Source: Euprymna scolopes (taxonomy: Eukaryota). Taken from it: DNA of 64,000 bases. Made by a program: the position numbers and the translations under genes. The notes below the pieces were generated by a model. It searched no databases. It saw only the letters and a program-made list of their open reading frames with translations, and was not told the origin of the DNA. This document shows, in pieces, positions 27,745-39,978 of this stretch (the stretch's first letter is position 1; the number at the start of each line of letters is the position of its first letter). The stretch is from NCBI GenBank assembly GCA_053919585.1, contig CM132791.1. One strand, written 5' to 3'.

Positions 27745-28040
27745 TGTGGTAGGATTCACCTAATAAGCATAGGTGAAGTGTAAACCGTATAAATATGGCT
27801 GGTACCGTAAAGACGACAGATACCCTACGAGAGAGCATACGAGAGAGCCTACGAGAGACAACGAGATGATACCCAGCCGACACTTCACCAGGGACGGTCT
27901 CCCCATCACTATAACAATGGATTCTATGTAAATATTGTATATACTTTCTTTCCTCCAATATTTCTAGTTCTGCTTTACTTTTGTGTTGTAGTTATTTATT
28001 TGCATGTGTCTAGTCGAGATTTTACTTTAAACTATTGTGG
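27745..28040 (+). mobile_element. Possible solo-LTR-like segment with internal 12-bp tandem repeat
   Basis: Begins TGTGGTAG; hairpin ttcaccta/taggtgaa; TATAAATA at 27788; (tacgagagagc)x3 at 27826-27866. No PBS, PPT or TSD found. Confidence 0.25.
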
Positions 28041-28050
28041 CATTGCCATT

Positions 28051-28585
28051 CTTTTACACAGTGATCACCACTTATCAAGGCCCGGAAGCCACTCAAGGAT
28101 AAGGGTTATTGCAAGTACATTACGTTAGTGTGGAGATTTGATGAACTGTTTACTTAAGGGGGCGGTTCATTAGGAATTTGTTAACATTGGACTTGAAGAC
28201 ATCCAAGTTGTAGTCCGGTGGGAAGCAGGCAGACGGAACAGAGTTCCACAGGCGTGCAGTTCTAAGAAAGAAGCTTTGTTCATGGAATCCGCGTTTTGAT
28301 TTAGGCACAGATATAGAGTGGGGGAAATTTTCCACAGTGGATTCAGCTAGACGGGTGTTTTTCGTGAAAGATTGGCGAGGGGGGGCCAGAGATTGGAGTT
28401 CAGACGAGCACCTGCCATGGAAATAACGATAAAACAAGGATAGGCTCGCAACGTCTCTTCTGTGGGAGAGAGGTTGCAGGATAGAGAAAAGGGCATCCCC
28501 CACTAAGCCACGAAGTCTATTTTGTACTCTGTCAAGGCAGGATAGGCTGTTTTTAGCAGCTCCTGCCCAGATATAGCAACAGTAT
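28051..28585 (-). mobile_element. CR1/Jockey-group LINE 3' fragment (second subfamily)
   Basis: Open frame YCCYIWAGAAKNSLSCLDRVQNRLRGLVGDALFSILQPLSHRRDVASLSLFYRYFHG...KSNVNKFLMNRPLK*, plus the family 3' tail. Confidence 0.92.
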
Positions 28586-29288
28586 ATGCTGAAGTAGCTG
28601 CTTTTGGTCATACCTGTCGATACATATAGAATTGCAAAACTTTTTATTAAGCAATTATGCATGTATATTACTTCTAAAAATCAAACACAATGTTTGGTAT
28701 TATATCAGAGATAATTTATGAAAAAAATGCATTGACTCGGGATTTTGTTCCAGTAATCACTTTCTCTCCCTCTCAAAAGCACCTGTTATTTCCCGAATCT
28801 ATGTTTGATTTCATAGAAATCTGTTCCAATATATGCACACGTATTTTCGCTGACTTTGCAAACACAAACACTGCCCGGCAATTTGCATGATTTTAAAATT
28901 AATCTCGCTTTAAGTAAACCGATTATTAAATAAGATTAATTGTATCTGTCTAGCATAGGACAAAACCATATTCTCGTCGCCAAAATATCTGGGTAAAGCA
29001 AACGCACATTACCATACATAAGGAAGGATGTTTGCATTAATATATTTTGGAAAAGCAGCAAAGTTTTTCTCAGTTTAAAGTAACTTTTGCCATGTTTATG
29101 TCTATATGCATTAATTGTGCAGTACGTGGCTTTGTTTGGAATATTTTTAAAAAGTAGCACGTGTTTTGAAATGCAACATTATTTACACTTATCTTACGTC
29201 AATCAGATATATAATTATAACAATCACAAATATACTGCGTCTTAATATCCATATTGACTCTTCATTTTCAGTATCATCTTTGTTCTTA

Positions 29289-29802
29289 GTTCAAAATAGA
29301 CTTCGTAGCCTCGTAGGAGATGCCCTTTTCTCTTCCTTGCAACCTCTATCTCACAGAAGAGATGTTGCGAGTTTGTCTCTGATGTATCGTTATTTTCATG
29401 GAAAGTGTTCGACTGAACTTCAATCTATGGTCCCCCCTCGCAAAACTTTCACAAGAAACACTCGTATAGCTGAAAACACAATCAATAATTCCCCCCACTC
29501 TTTATATGTGCCTAAACCTAAACGTAGATTCCATGAACAAAGCTTTTTTATTAGAACTGCACGCCTGTGGAATTGTCTTCCGTTTTCCTGCTTTCCGGCT
29601 GACTACAATATGGTTGTCTTCAAGTCTAACGTAAATAAGTTCTTGATGAGCCGTTCCATATAAGTTATCAAATTTAACAAATGTTCATTACTAATGATTA
29701 TTATATTGTCCAATTTCTACTGTACACTCTTTAACCCTTATCCTTGAGTGACCTCTTGGCCTTGATAATGTGTTGATACCTATGAAAAAAAAAGAAGAAA
29801 AA
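29289..29802 (+). mobile_element. CR1/Jockey-group LINE 3' fragment, close relative of the 2355-3725 copy
   Basis: VQNRLRSLVGDALFSSLQPLSHRRDVASL...KSNVNKFLMSRSI*, then 3' UTR and A-rich tail. Confidence 0.93.
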
Positions 29803-29970
29803 GTCCAATGTGAACAAGTTCTAATTGAATCGTCCCCCTAAGTAATCCAAGTTACAAAATTCCCACTGTTTACTATGCTTAAATCACAATGACTAATGTA
29901 TACCTATTAACCCTTATCCTCGAGTGGCCTCTGGGCCTTGATATGTCGTGACACCCATGTAAGAAAAAAG
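29803..29970 (+). mobile_element. Very short LINE 3' end fused directly to the tail of the preceding copy
   Basis: aagtccaatgtgaacaagttc (KSNVNKF) ...cgtccccctaagtaa, then aacccttatcctcgagtggcctctgggccttga and an A tail. Confidence 0.85.
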
Positions 29971-31594
29971 AATGTTTCATCTTTTTGAAGATAGATCCGC
30001 TCACTGGTCTTTTACAATATTGTTGTGTCTCAGACGTGATATAACCAAATGTTTATTATTTAGAGCTGCACATAAGCCCGTTTTCGCATCTCTCTTTTAG
30101 TCTTTTGCATTGCATGAATGTTAATTCCTTTTCTTCAGATGTCAATAAGTTGTGCCTATATCTTGAAAGGAGAGCTTGGAATCTATGTTTAACCATCCCC
30201 GTAGTCGTTATCATGTTACTTCATATATTTTGGCTCTCTGATACCAGTATTTCCTTTACATTGTCATAGAGGATAATTTGTGCCAAATATAGTATCGCAA
30301 TTTTGTAAATCAGAAAAAAAATTAATAATGCAAATGAGCAGAATATATATCGACGTTGTAATTCAGTAAGGTTATTACTCGCATGAGTAAAATAGATTGT
30401 TTTGTTCACTTGTTTTGTGCGCAGTGCCTGATCTTGGTTTACTCATGGAAGACAAAACTGTTGTATTAGTCATTGATTATACGATTACCATACTGACCAA
30501 GCAAAGTGTGTTATAATCCCGCAAAATTATCGGCCTACATGCGGCGTGAACGGATAACATACTTATTTTTTCTGTCCGTCAAGAAAGATAATTATCTCTT
30601 TCCATTTTTAATTGTGAAATATGTCAGAAAGCCTAACTTTCACACCTTAGACTTAAAACTAACATAGTATATGATATAGCTGTTATATCATTTTTTTTTC
30701 AGTGTTGCATCCAGCAACTGATTTCTTACTATTATCGGTTTATTTCTAATTGCTTCAGACACCCTTATCTCGTAATGTCGCTGATACTCCATGGGTAATT
30801 TTGAAAAGTACGAAGGAAATAAACATCGAGTACAGCATCGCTACGTTTATCGAACATTTTAGTCATCAATAAATCTTGAAACTCGAAAAATTATCCACTA
30901 AGTATATCCAGTACAAACAAACAAACTATCTTCACACTCAATTAAAAGTGCGCAGAAAAGAATATTATCATTTAAACTGCTGTACATACTGCGATTTTAT
31001 CTTTTTTTTTCAAAAATATTCTTACCATAAACATAAAACTAGCATAAGACTAGCTTAATAACCAAACCGAGTGGAATGTCCTTTTGTTATAAAATCTGGG
31101 GACTATTCATTTCTATTCAATATAGTTTTCATTTAGTTTATATTAATTCGAAATATATGCTTACAACATCATCCTGACATTGCCAATATATTTACCGAAA
31201 CTTTCTTACTATTTCTCGAGAGTAGCTACAATGTCTCTAATATAATTTACAGCATTTTTCCAATACACTTATAAAAACATCAAACTTAACCAGGCAGATA
31301 ATGAATATATATGCCCCTAATGATAAAAACGATGTCTTCCTGCACACGTCAATAAATCGACCACTGCATATTTACTATGCNNNNNNNNNNNNNNNNNNNN
31401 NNNNNNNNNNNNNNNNNNNNNNNNNNNNNNNNNNNNNNNNNNNNNNNNNNNNNNNNNNNNNNNNNNNNNNNNNNNNNNNNNNNNNNNNNNNNNNNNNNNN
31501 NNNNNNNNNACTTGAATGCTCTACAGATAAATGCGCATGTTTCGGTCAGCTACTTACATATATATTACGCCTGTGCAAAACTAGATTTCGTAAC

Positions 31595-31659
<65 letters not shown>

Positions 31660-31660
31660 T

Positions 31661-31703
31661 CCACATACAGTACTGTTTCGTTTTTCACAGCTCGTCAGTG
31701 CGG
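31661..31703 (-). ncRNA. Type I hammerhead ribozyme motif, copy 1
   Basis: Minus strand ccgca CTGACGA gctgtgaaaaac GAAA cagtactg TA tgtgg. Stem I ccgca/tgtgg, intact core, palindromic stem III acagtactgt, GUA triplet; stem II eroded. Confidence 0.8.
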
Positions 31704-31943
31704 CTAGACAGACACCTACCTCAAGCCAGAATTGCAACCCGATCGCCTGTACGACAGTCCAGACTGCTAGCTATTAGTGTAATCGGCGGCTGCTGTTCGA
31801 GTCTTGAATTAACGATGTTTTGACACCGTCCGAAATACCCAAGCTCGATTTGTTTACACAAGGAGAATCGTTTTATCCGCTAATGGTAATTCGTCTATCA
31901 CTTCTCAATATACTTAACTCAAGATGAGTAGCATTTCAGTCAT

Positions 31944-31987
31944 CCATAGACAGTACTGTTTCGCAGTTTCACAGCTCGTCGGTGCGG
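31944..31987 (-). ncRNA. Type I hammerhead ribozyme motif, copy 2 (U4C core change)
   Basis: Minus strand ccgca CCGACGA gctgtgaaactgc GAAA cagtactg TC tatgg. Stem II largely paired, GUC triplet, one core substitution. Confidence 0.75.
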
Positions 31988-32071
31988 CTAAACAGGCGAC
32001 TACCTCAAGGCAGGATTGAATCCCAACCGCCTGTACGATAGTCAATCCTTCAAACCATTAACCTGCGGCAA

Positions 32072-33140
32072 TCGCTTTATTGCAGATTAGTAAAATATCA
32101 ATATTTCACTAAATATACGTAAAGAAATTAAAATTGTATCATCAAATGCCTATTTGATGGTTAGTCATTTTCCAATATTTTATTCAAATCCATGCGCCAT
32201 TGAAGAAGTTAAGATATTTTATTTATTATCAAGTTATTTATCGCTTTATTACAGGCGTTTTTAAATGCCAGAAAATTCACGTTTAACAGTTATCGAAAAG
32301 GAAAGGATGGTTGCTGGACTCACCTAAGAATTGACCATGAAAGATTCAGCTTTGGAGCTGAAAACCGATCCAATAAATTTAGCTTTATTCGGGAACGACC
32401 CCAACAAAAAATCCAGGAAGAATAAGTGCACCGCTATAAACCTTTCACCTCGTGATATTCGGAGAATTCGTAGGGAAGTCAACTGAAACGAAACAGGATC
32501 ATTTTTTTTCTTTTTTGCGAGAGTTGTAATCGCTTCAAGATTCAAGCAGGCTGCAATGAAAGGTGTTGAATGAGATGCCAAGGAACATCAAAACTATTCA
32601 AAGGCATCCATTGCACAAACAACATAGGGAAGAACGAACGGGTTGAGCAGAGAATTACATGAAAATTAATTTCTTACTTCTCCTATTTACAGATCAGATC
32701 CTTGCTATTTTTACAGTCGGCAGAGATCAGCCAAAGTTTGGAACACGAAAGGAATTCCCATCTCTTACAGAGTTCATCGCAAACAAGGGGGCGGAAGCAT
32801 CATGTTTTCGGCGGGAATCATTCGGGGAAAAGTTGGTTGGACTATTCCGAGTTGCAGAGGGTGTAAAACATACTAGAATGCGCACCCGGTCTTTTTGGAT
32901 AAACATTTGTCACCATGCTATTGTATTTTTTGCCCTGGTACAAATTTTCAGAGATCTACCATAAAACGATAGACAGTGAAAATTCCTTGATAAATAATAA
33001 ATGTGCTAACTATGAATATCACATGAATTGGAATAAAATTTTGCGAAATAACTTACAATAGTCATTTGATATAATTTTTTTGTATTTTTAGTGGTATATT
33101 TAGTAAAATATTGATATTTTACTAATCTGCAATAAAGCGA
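32072..33140 (+). mobile_element. Internally deleted DD37E (TRT-type) Tc1/mariner transposon, copy 2, with 47-bp TIRs
   Basis: TIRs 32072-32118 and 33094-33140 differ at one base. LLFTD, HRKQGGGSIMFSAGII and RVAEGVK motifs; colinear with copy 1; C-terminal catalytic half missing; right end abuts (TA)n. Confidence 0.9.
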
Positions 33141-33193
33141 TATATATAATATAAAGATATAGATATAATAAAGTGTATATATATATGTATATA

Positions 33194-33245
<52 letters not shown>

Positions 33246-33584
33246 GACATGTAAACTTGTGGTGTCCGGTATTCCCCTGCGCCGCGCACAAAATTTAAGT
33301 ACTTCTTCTGTTGTTGTTGTTGTTGTTGTTGTTGTTGTGGCATGGAACATCCCTTTATGTTAAGAACGGCTTTCGAGATAAACACCCTCTTTTGTAAGCG
33401 AAGGAAGGGTTGGTAATCTCGATATTCCTCTGCAATATCTGTATCTTTATCTTTTACTGTCACTCCTTCCCAATCTCTCTCAGTTTTTCTCCCTAATGGA
33501 GTAAATGAAATATTGTTGGTTCGTTGGTTGTTTTTGTTTTGCATGTTATTTAATGCCGAATCTAGTTATTTTGAGGAACGATTT

Positions 33585-33697
33585 TGGTCAGAGTAGACCT
33601 GGGAGCAATGGCAATTAAAGGGTTGTCCCACATTCCCCAAGGCCCGCAATGTGGGGCCTCACCATCGGATATAGTTTTAAGTCATATCAAGGACCAT
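33585..33697. repeat. Probable interspersed repeat fragment (SINE-like), GC-richer and structured
   Basis: Sharp GC-rich island with cccacatt/aatgtggg stem. Family not verifiable from this window. Confidence 0.3.
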
Positions 33698-36600
33698 GAA
33701 ATATTGTAATTACGAATCAAATGAAAAGTAAAAAAAAAAATCAATTGAAGACTGAGTAAAATAAATATGTAGAAATAACGGAGACTGGAGTGAGTCCAAT
33801 GAGAAGCAGATTTACGTAGCTGTGTAATATCCATGGTTTTCGTTGATGAGGATTGAAAATAATAACATGATGAATGGATTTATCTAATAGCAGAAGTGTC
33901 CAGAAAAGTAAATTTATTGTAGCTAATTAATAAGTAGTATTACTAATGTAGAGCAAAATATTCTAAGGAAACGAATGGATATTTAAAAAAAAAATGGTGG
34001 CGCGTTTCAATGAACCGTTCGTTTAACGATGGAAGAAGGGAATAGCGGGATTTGAGAATATGTTCCACTGAGCCAATCACCTGGGCCGGAGTTCGGAAGG
34101 GAGAAATTATTATTTGTGTAAGTCGTAAGAGTATACGATGCGTATGAATTCAGTAACCAGTTGATAACGGCATAGAAACAGGAAAGTAGGAAAAATATAA
34201 ATTCAGGCGGTGAAGAATGTGATCGTAAGAGGAATTATGGAATAGGAGGTAAAATTGGAATTCCTTCCTCTGTAGCTAATGGTGATGATATTGATGTAGC
34301 TCCTTTAAATTAATGTAATGTTTTAATATTACGAATTACTTTGTCTAAAATAGCATTCTATAGTTTAATAAGGTAATAGCTAATACTGTAAACAATAAAT
34401 TTGTATGTGCAGACNNNNNNNNNNNNNNNNNNNNNNNNNNNNNNNNNNNNNNNNNNNNNNNNNNNNNNNNNNNNNNNNNNNNNNNNNNNNNNNNNNNNNN
34501 NNNNNNNNNNNNNNNNNNNNNNNNNNNNNNNNNNNNNNNNNNNNNNNNNNNNNNNNNNAAGTTTTTGGTATATGCACCTGATGAGAATTGTACGTGTATC
34601 GTTGCTGTGTAGCCTTTAATTGGGAACCAAAATTTACATAACCAGTTATAAATCTAAAATATATTGTGTAATTCGATAATTTTAAATAAGTAAGTACAAA
34701 GAATGTGCGTAGATTAATCCATCCGACAATGTTTGTTGTTTGTTTGTTTATTTTTTTGCTTTAAATTGCGGACAATATCAATATGAGATTTCCTCTTTCT
34801 ATATAAGCAATTAAGTGGATGTTAATTGTGTAAAAACACAGCTTAAATCATGATGGGAAATTTGCAAACAGCTTAGTACTTGAAACGTGGAAAAGTTGCA
34901 ATTAAAATTACATTCTGAGCCTATATTTTGTAGAATACAATCCTTCTATTTTATGACGAATTAGCTCCTGTAAAGTCTAATTTTTTTACATTAGTAAAAA
35001 TTTGTTTAACATGGGTTTTGTATGTTTGTTTATATTGTAGATGCACACTATTAAAATTCCATATGGAAAAAATATTTCAAGAGCTATTAAAATTACAGTT
35101 CAAGCTGATGCGAATGTAATTACAAGAAAGAATATTTACTATATACAATCTCACCGTTTTAACGAAATATGTTTCTTTAAATACCATAAAATAGTTTAGC
35201 CATGAGGAAATTATGTACAAAAAAGTGCTCTCAAAAATGTTGACAGATATATTAAAAGGTCCAAAAATTTATAGGTGATCTACTACTAGTGTTACATCGA
35301 TGATTGATCTGAACTTAATGAAAGTCAGTAAATCTAAATAGGAGTTAGATATATTGAAATCTACTCATGAAACCTTGCTGTTAAATTTTAACTGTCTTTA
35401 TACTTCAAACTTCTGGGACCAGCTAGCTCGCTGGCACGGCCACAAAGGAGCAAACAAATATAAAAAGAAGAAATAAAAATCCGACTCGGTAACTTTTTTA
35501 AATGTAAATAGAAGTAATTTATTCGTGATTCTTCTAAGACAACACATACTTTATCCTGCAAAAGTCTTTTTCCACGCATAAAAGTTTTTATAAGCTTTTC
35601 TCCTCGCCACCTCGCGCTGGCTGTTAACCAATGATTTCTCGTCTTCAACTTTGCACGCACATCTTGCCCGGCTGATACTTTCTTCTCTCCTCGATACGCG
35701 AAGTATATTTATATCTTTATTGTCACCCCACACCTGCACCCTTGCTAATTATAATACGTGGTTTAACGTCTGCTGCTGCAATATTTTCGGCATCCACTTA
35801 TTCTTTGGGTTTGTCTGATTTTTTTAACACTCGCCTTTATGCGCCATTTTACACTTGAAAGTAATGTCATAGTAAACCAGGGTAACTAATTATTAAACTA
35901 AAACAATTAAATTAGTGCTATGATCACATGACAAAACGTGTCCCGAACAGTACCGGAATGTTTGTATTTTACATTAATTAAAGTATATGGTTTACGTTTT
36001 ATTAAATAACATAATATTTATAGAAATTGTTTCACATTTAAAACGGTATAAAATTAATAGAATGTTTTCACATTTAAGATATTTTGATAATCTTCATTAT
36101 AAATCATCATTATTGGAAAAAATGATTCAAGCATTCAACAATTTTTATGTATGATAAGACACTAGACGATATTAAAATTCCGTTGTATTATTTTGTAATA
36201 TAACTATATCACTTCCGTTATAAGGGGGAAAAGATATTTTACTTAATATATTGCACAGGTATTTAAACGTTTTCTATTTTACTGCATTTGAATGCATGTC
36301 TGGTTTAACCTTTGACTTTACATAATAAATAATGCATGTAGGTTGATAATTTCTACCAAACACCACTCGCAGTTGGAATAAATTATATATCTAGAAAAAT
36401 TTTACTAGTGTGATAAAGATACATGAATAGTTATCTGCCTTGCAGAATTAAGGGGTATTATCTTCGATTTAAATAGTCTGTTTAAGATATTAGCTTAAGC
36501 GATTATTCGGTATAGTTACCTTAAGGAACTGTGAGACTGATAAAATCAGTTGTATGTTAATATGAGAGTGTGTGTGTTCTTTTTTGTGTCGCGTTTACAT

Positions 36601-37959
36601 CATTCTACTTCCGATTGATTGTCGTTTCATTGTCATGACCATCAATTTCTTGCAATAAATAAACATATCCAGAATTATTTATAAATTTTTGTTTCGGTTT
36701 CGGTTATATTTTATGGCACTCATGTAATGTATTTTAAAAAAAAAATATTTTACTAAGAACGGTTCATAAGTTTTGGTTTCAGTTTCTATNNNNNNNNNNN
36801 NNNNNNNNNNNNNNNNNNNNNNNNNNNNNNNNNNNNNNNNNNNNNNNNNNNNNNNNNNNNNNNNNNNNNNNNNNNNNNNNNNNNNNNNNNNNNNNNNNNN
36901 NNNNNNNNNNNNNNNNNNNNNNNNNNNNNNNNNNNNNNNNNNNNNNNNNNNNNNNNNNNNNNACTATAAACAAAATAATCGAAGAAAGTTGCAAAATGAC
37001 ACCAGAAATTACCCCACACAATATTTTTTTTTTCCAAAATTTTGAATTTATTTCCTAAATTGATTTTAAAAACATCGTAATTCGCAAATTTAGTCGTAAT
37101 GTCGGTTATACCAGAAATATGTATTCATAAAATTAAAACAAGATTTAATGAAACAAACAAATAAAATATATTAAAGAATTGATATTTTTAATTTTATTAT
37201 TTATTTTCAGATTATATTAAATAAAATGACTAATAACAAAAATTAAATAGATGAAAATATATAGTTTAAAATACAAATGACGACTTATTAAACGGCGTTT
37301 TATTTAATGGATATTTTTCGGCATGCACCGGTAGTTATTATCTCTCCCTAGCTTTCGGTTTGTTTACATATTTTACGCTTCGAATTCACACATATTTATA
37401 TATTAAACAAGGTAGACACACTATTAAATATTTAAACCTTTTGTAATTATTGGAAGTTATCTATATTTGAAAATGTAGTAGGTTTTTTTAGTGAAAAGCT
37501 GGTTTACGAGTTAGTTTTGAAACTAAAGTGTATTGTACTCTTTTTGGTAAGAAACACAGTACTTTTTAATGAATTTCGAAATTATTTCCATATGTGTAAA
37601 CATCTTTGTGTTTTATATATATTATTTTTACAGATATTTTAATAAAAATGGCTTGAAAAACTACCGTAGATTCCACTCAACGTAAAGAGGCAATCAGATT
37701 TTAAGATTTACCATCATCATTGGATGAAGCTGAGACACGAACATTTCGACAAATAATCCAGTACAGCTATTTTATAATGCACACTTATCCACCCCTCTCT
37801 TGTTTTAGTATTTCTAAATTAATAGCAAAGGACGTGATAAATATTTGTAAGGCTGTCAACTCTCATTTGTCTTTTCTAAATGAATATGATAATAATTTAC
37901 CAATAATTTCTTATTGAAAATAAGGTATTTCAATATTAAAATAGTATATAAAGCATCTC

Positions 37960-38068
37960 AATTACTAACGATTACCGCGATATTATCCCATTGATTACTT
38001 CACACGAAATAACCCTTCTCCACGAGTGGCTTCCAGGCCTTGACGAGTGGTAAATACCATGTAAAAAA
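37960..38068 (+). mobile_element. Isolated LINE 3' UTR/tail remnant
   Basis: attactaacgattac... and taacccttctccacgagtggcttccaggccttga...atgtaaaaaaa match the family tail. Confidence 0.75.
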
Positions 38069-39177
38069 ATCACTATTTGTTTTTTAACACACTTGTAAAA
38101 ATCATCGGTTTTCAATTTTGAATGTTCTTAAGCTGGAATGTTGGTGTGCAAAAGTCTGTGNNNNNNNNNNNNNNNNNNNNNNNNNNNNNNNNNNNNNNNN
38201 NNNNNNNNNNNNNNNNNNNNNNNNNNNNNNNNNNNNNNNNNNNNNNNNNNNNNNNNNNNNNNNNNNNNNNNNNNNNNNNNNNNNNNNNNNNNNNNNNNNN
38301 NNGTTACACAAGATCTTTGTATTAATTGCAAAAGTATAGATGTGTTTAACATATATAAAATCATAATTTAGGTCCCATAAGTAAATGTTTATCTCATCTA
38401 AGATTACAAGTAAGCGACACAAGACAATCAACTGGTTGTTTGATTTATTTATTTTTCTTGAAACATTAATACTGTGCATGCATTTTGTTTGCTTGACAAA
38501 ATTATGCACTTAAAATTATACGTGCACTTGCATGGCTTCTTCCTCGTTTTTTTTTAAAGATCTCCTTAATCATTAATGATTAAACACACAATGATTGTAG
38601 TGCAAAGTATTCGATGAAAGAAATACAAACACATACTGAAACAATACTAATATCAAACACAAACATAAATGCAGGACGCCTTTTGCTCTGTGTTAATTTA
38701 TAACCTACATTATTATTCAACTTCGTGATCATATCCACTTGACATAATGAATGATTTTGACAATCCTGCTCATGTATTTCCGTTACTAATATTTAGATTT
38801 CTATATGATGTGTTAAACTCGGCGATAAAATTAAAGGCAAACGCTATTTTATATGCAAAATTACAACCGAGCACANNNNNNNNNNNNNNNNNNNNNNNNN
38901 NNNNNNNNNNNNNNNNNNNNNNNNNNNNNNNNNNNNNNNNNNNNNNNNNNNNNNNNNNNNNNNNNNNNNNNNNNNNNNNNNNNNNNNNNNNNNNNNNNNN
39001 NNNNNNNNNNNNNNNNNNNNNNNNNNNNNNNNNNNNNNNNNNNNNTATTCTGGAAAAACTACATATACAGACATATATTTAAGAATTTATTGTTTGACAA
39101 AAGGAATATATAGAAGGGTTTACAAGTAATATCTATTAGAACCTTTCATCTGCATTCTATCAGTGTCTTATCCCGCT

Positions 39178-39216
<39 letters not shown>

Positions 39217-39284
39217 GTATATATATATATAAATATATATACATATTTATTGATATTTAGATCACGCACGAAGTCTGTTTCTGT

Positions 39285-39620
39285 ATACAGGAATCACTAC
39301 TTATCAGGGCCCGGCGGCCACGTGAGGATAAAACTTAATGGATGTACATTAGCCACTGTGATTATAGTGTAGTAATGTAACTAGTGGGAATTTTACAAAT
39401 TTGATTACTTACTGAGATGAATCCTTAAGAACTTCTTTACGTTGGACGTGAAGACAATCAGATTTTATCAGCTGGAAAGCATGCAATTGAAAGAGAGTTC
39501 CACAGGCGTGCAGTTCTTAGAAAGAAGCTTTGTTTATAGGATCTACATTAAGGTTTGGGCACAGGTGTCGGAAATTATTAATATTGATTTTTGCTAGAAA
39601 ATTGTTTCTCGGGAAATTTT
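39285..39620 (-). mobile_element. Old CR1/Jockey-group LINE 3' fragment
   Basis: Reverse complement encodes QSFFLRTARLWNSL; degenerate tail tatcctcacgtggccgccgggccctgataag. Confidence 0.82.
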
Positions 39621-39978
39621 GGCGAACGGTGAGGGGAGCATTTCTATGTGAAACTTTAATTCTATATAATCCTCTGTTTGTAAAAGATTATAAATCTTTT
39701 TTTTTTCAAACAAAAATGTATAACTTATTGTATATTTAAAATATAATATGTAAGAATAATGTAAATAATAAGCAAATAAATAATCTTAAAATTACTTCTT
39801 AAAGAGTATTAGAGTAAGTCTAGAAACATCTTTTCTATCTGTAATGTAATAACTTTAAATGGGTTTACCTTGTCTGTATTCATTCATGTTCGATAAGATC
39901 CTAAATTTTTTTGAGGTGTCTGGGCGTATTTTAACCAACAATACGCCTTTTCATTTTTAGGGAACTTAATTTATTTCT

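Larger units (their letters stand above)
31661..32070 (-). mobile_element. Tandem tRNA-headed hammerhead repeat (non-LTR retrozyme / SM-alpha-like SINE), 283-nt period
   Basis: Two colinear ~130-nt units (31661-31790 and 31944-32070). On the minus strand each reads: tRNA-like head with B-box-like gggttgcaattc / gggattcaatcc, ~25-nt linker, hammerhead. Confidence 0.75.

Noticed and set aside
27826-27866. Short direct repeats as a CRISPR-like array
   Set aside because: 12-bp contiguous units without spacers, in eukaryotic DNA.
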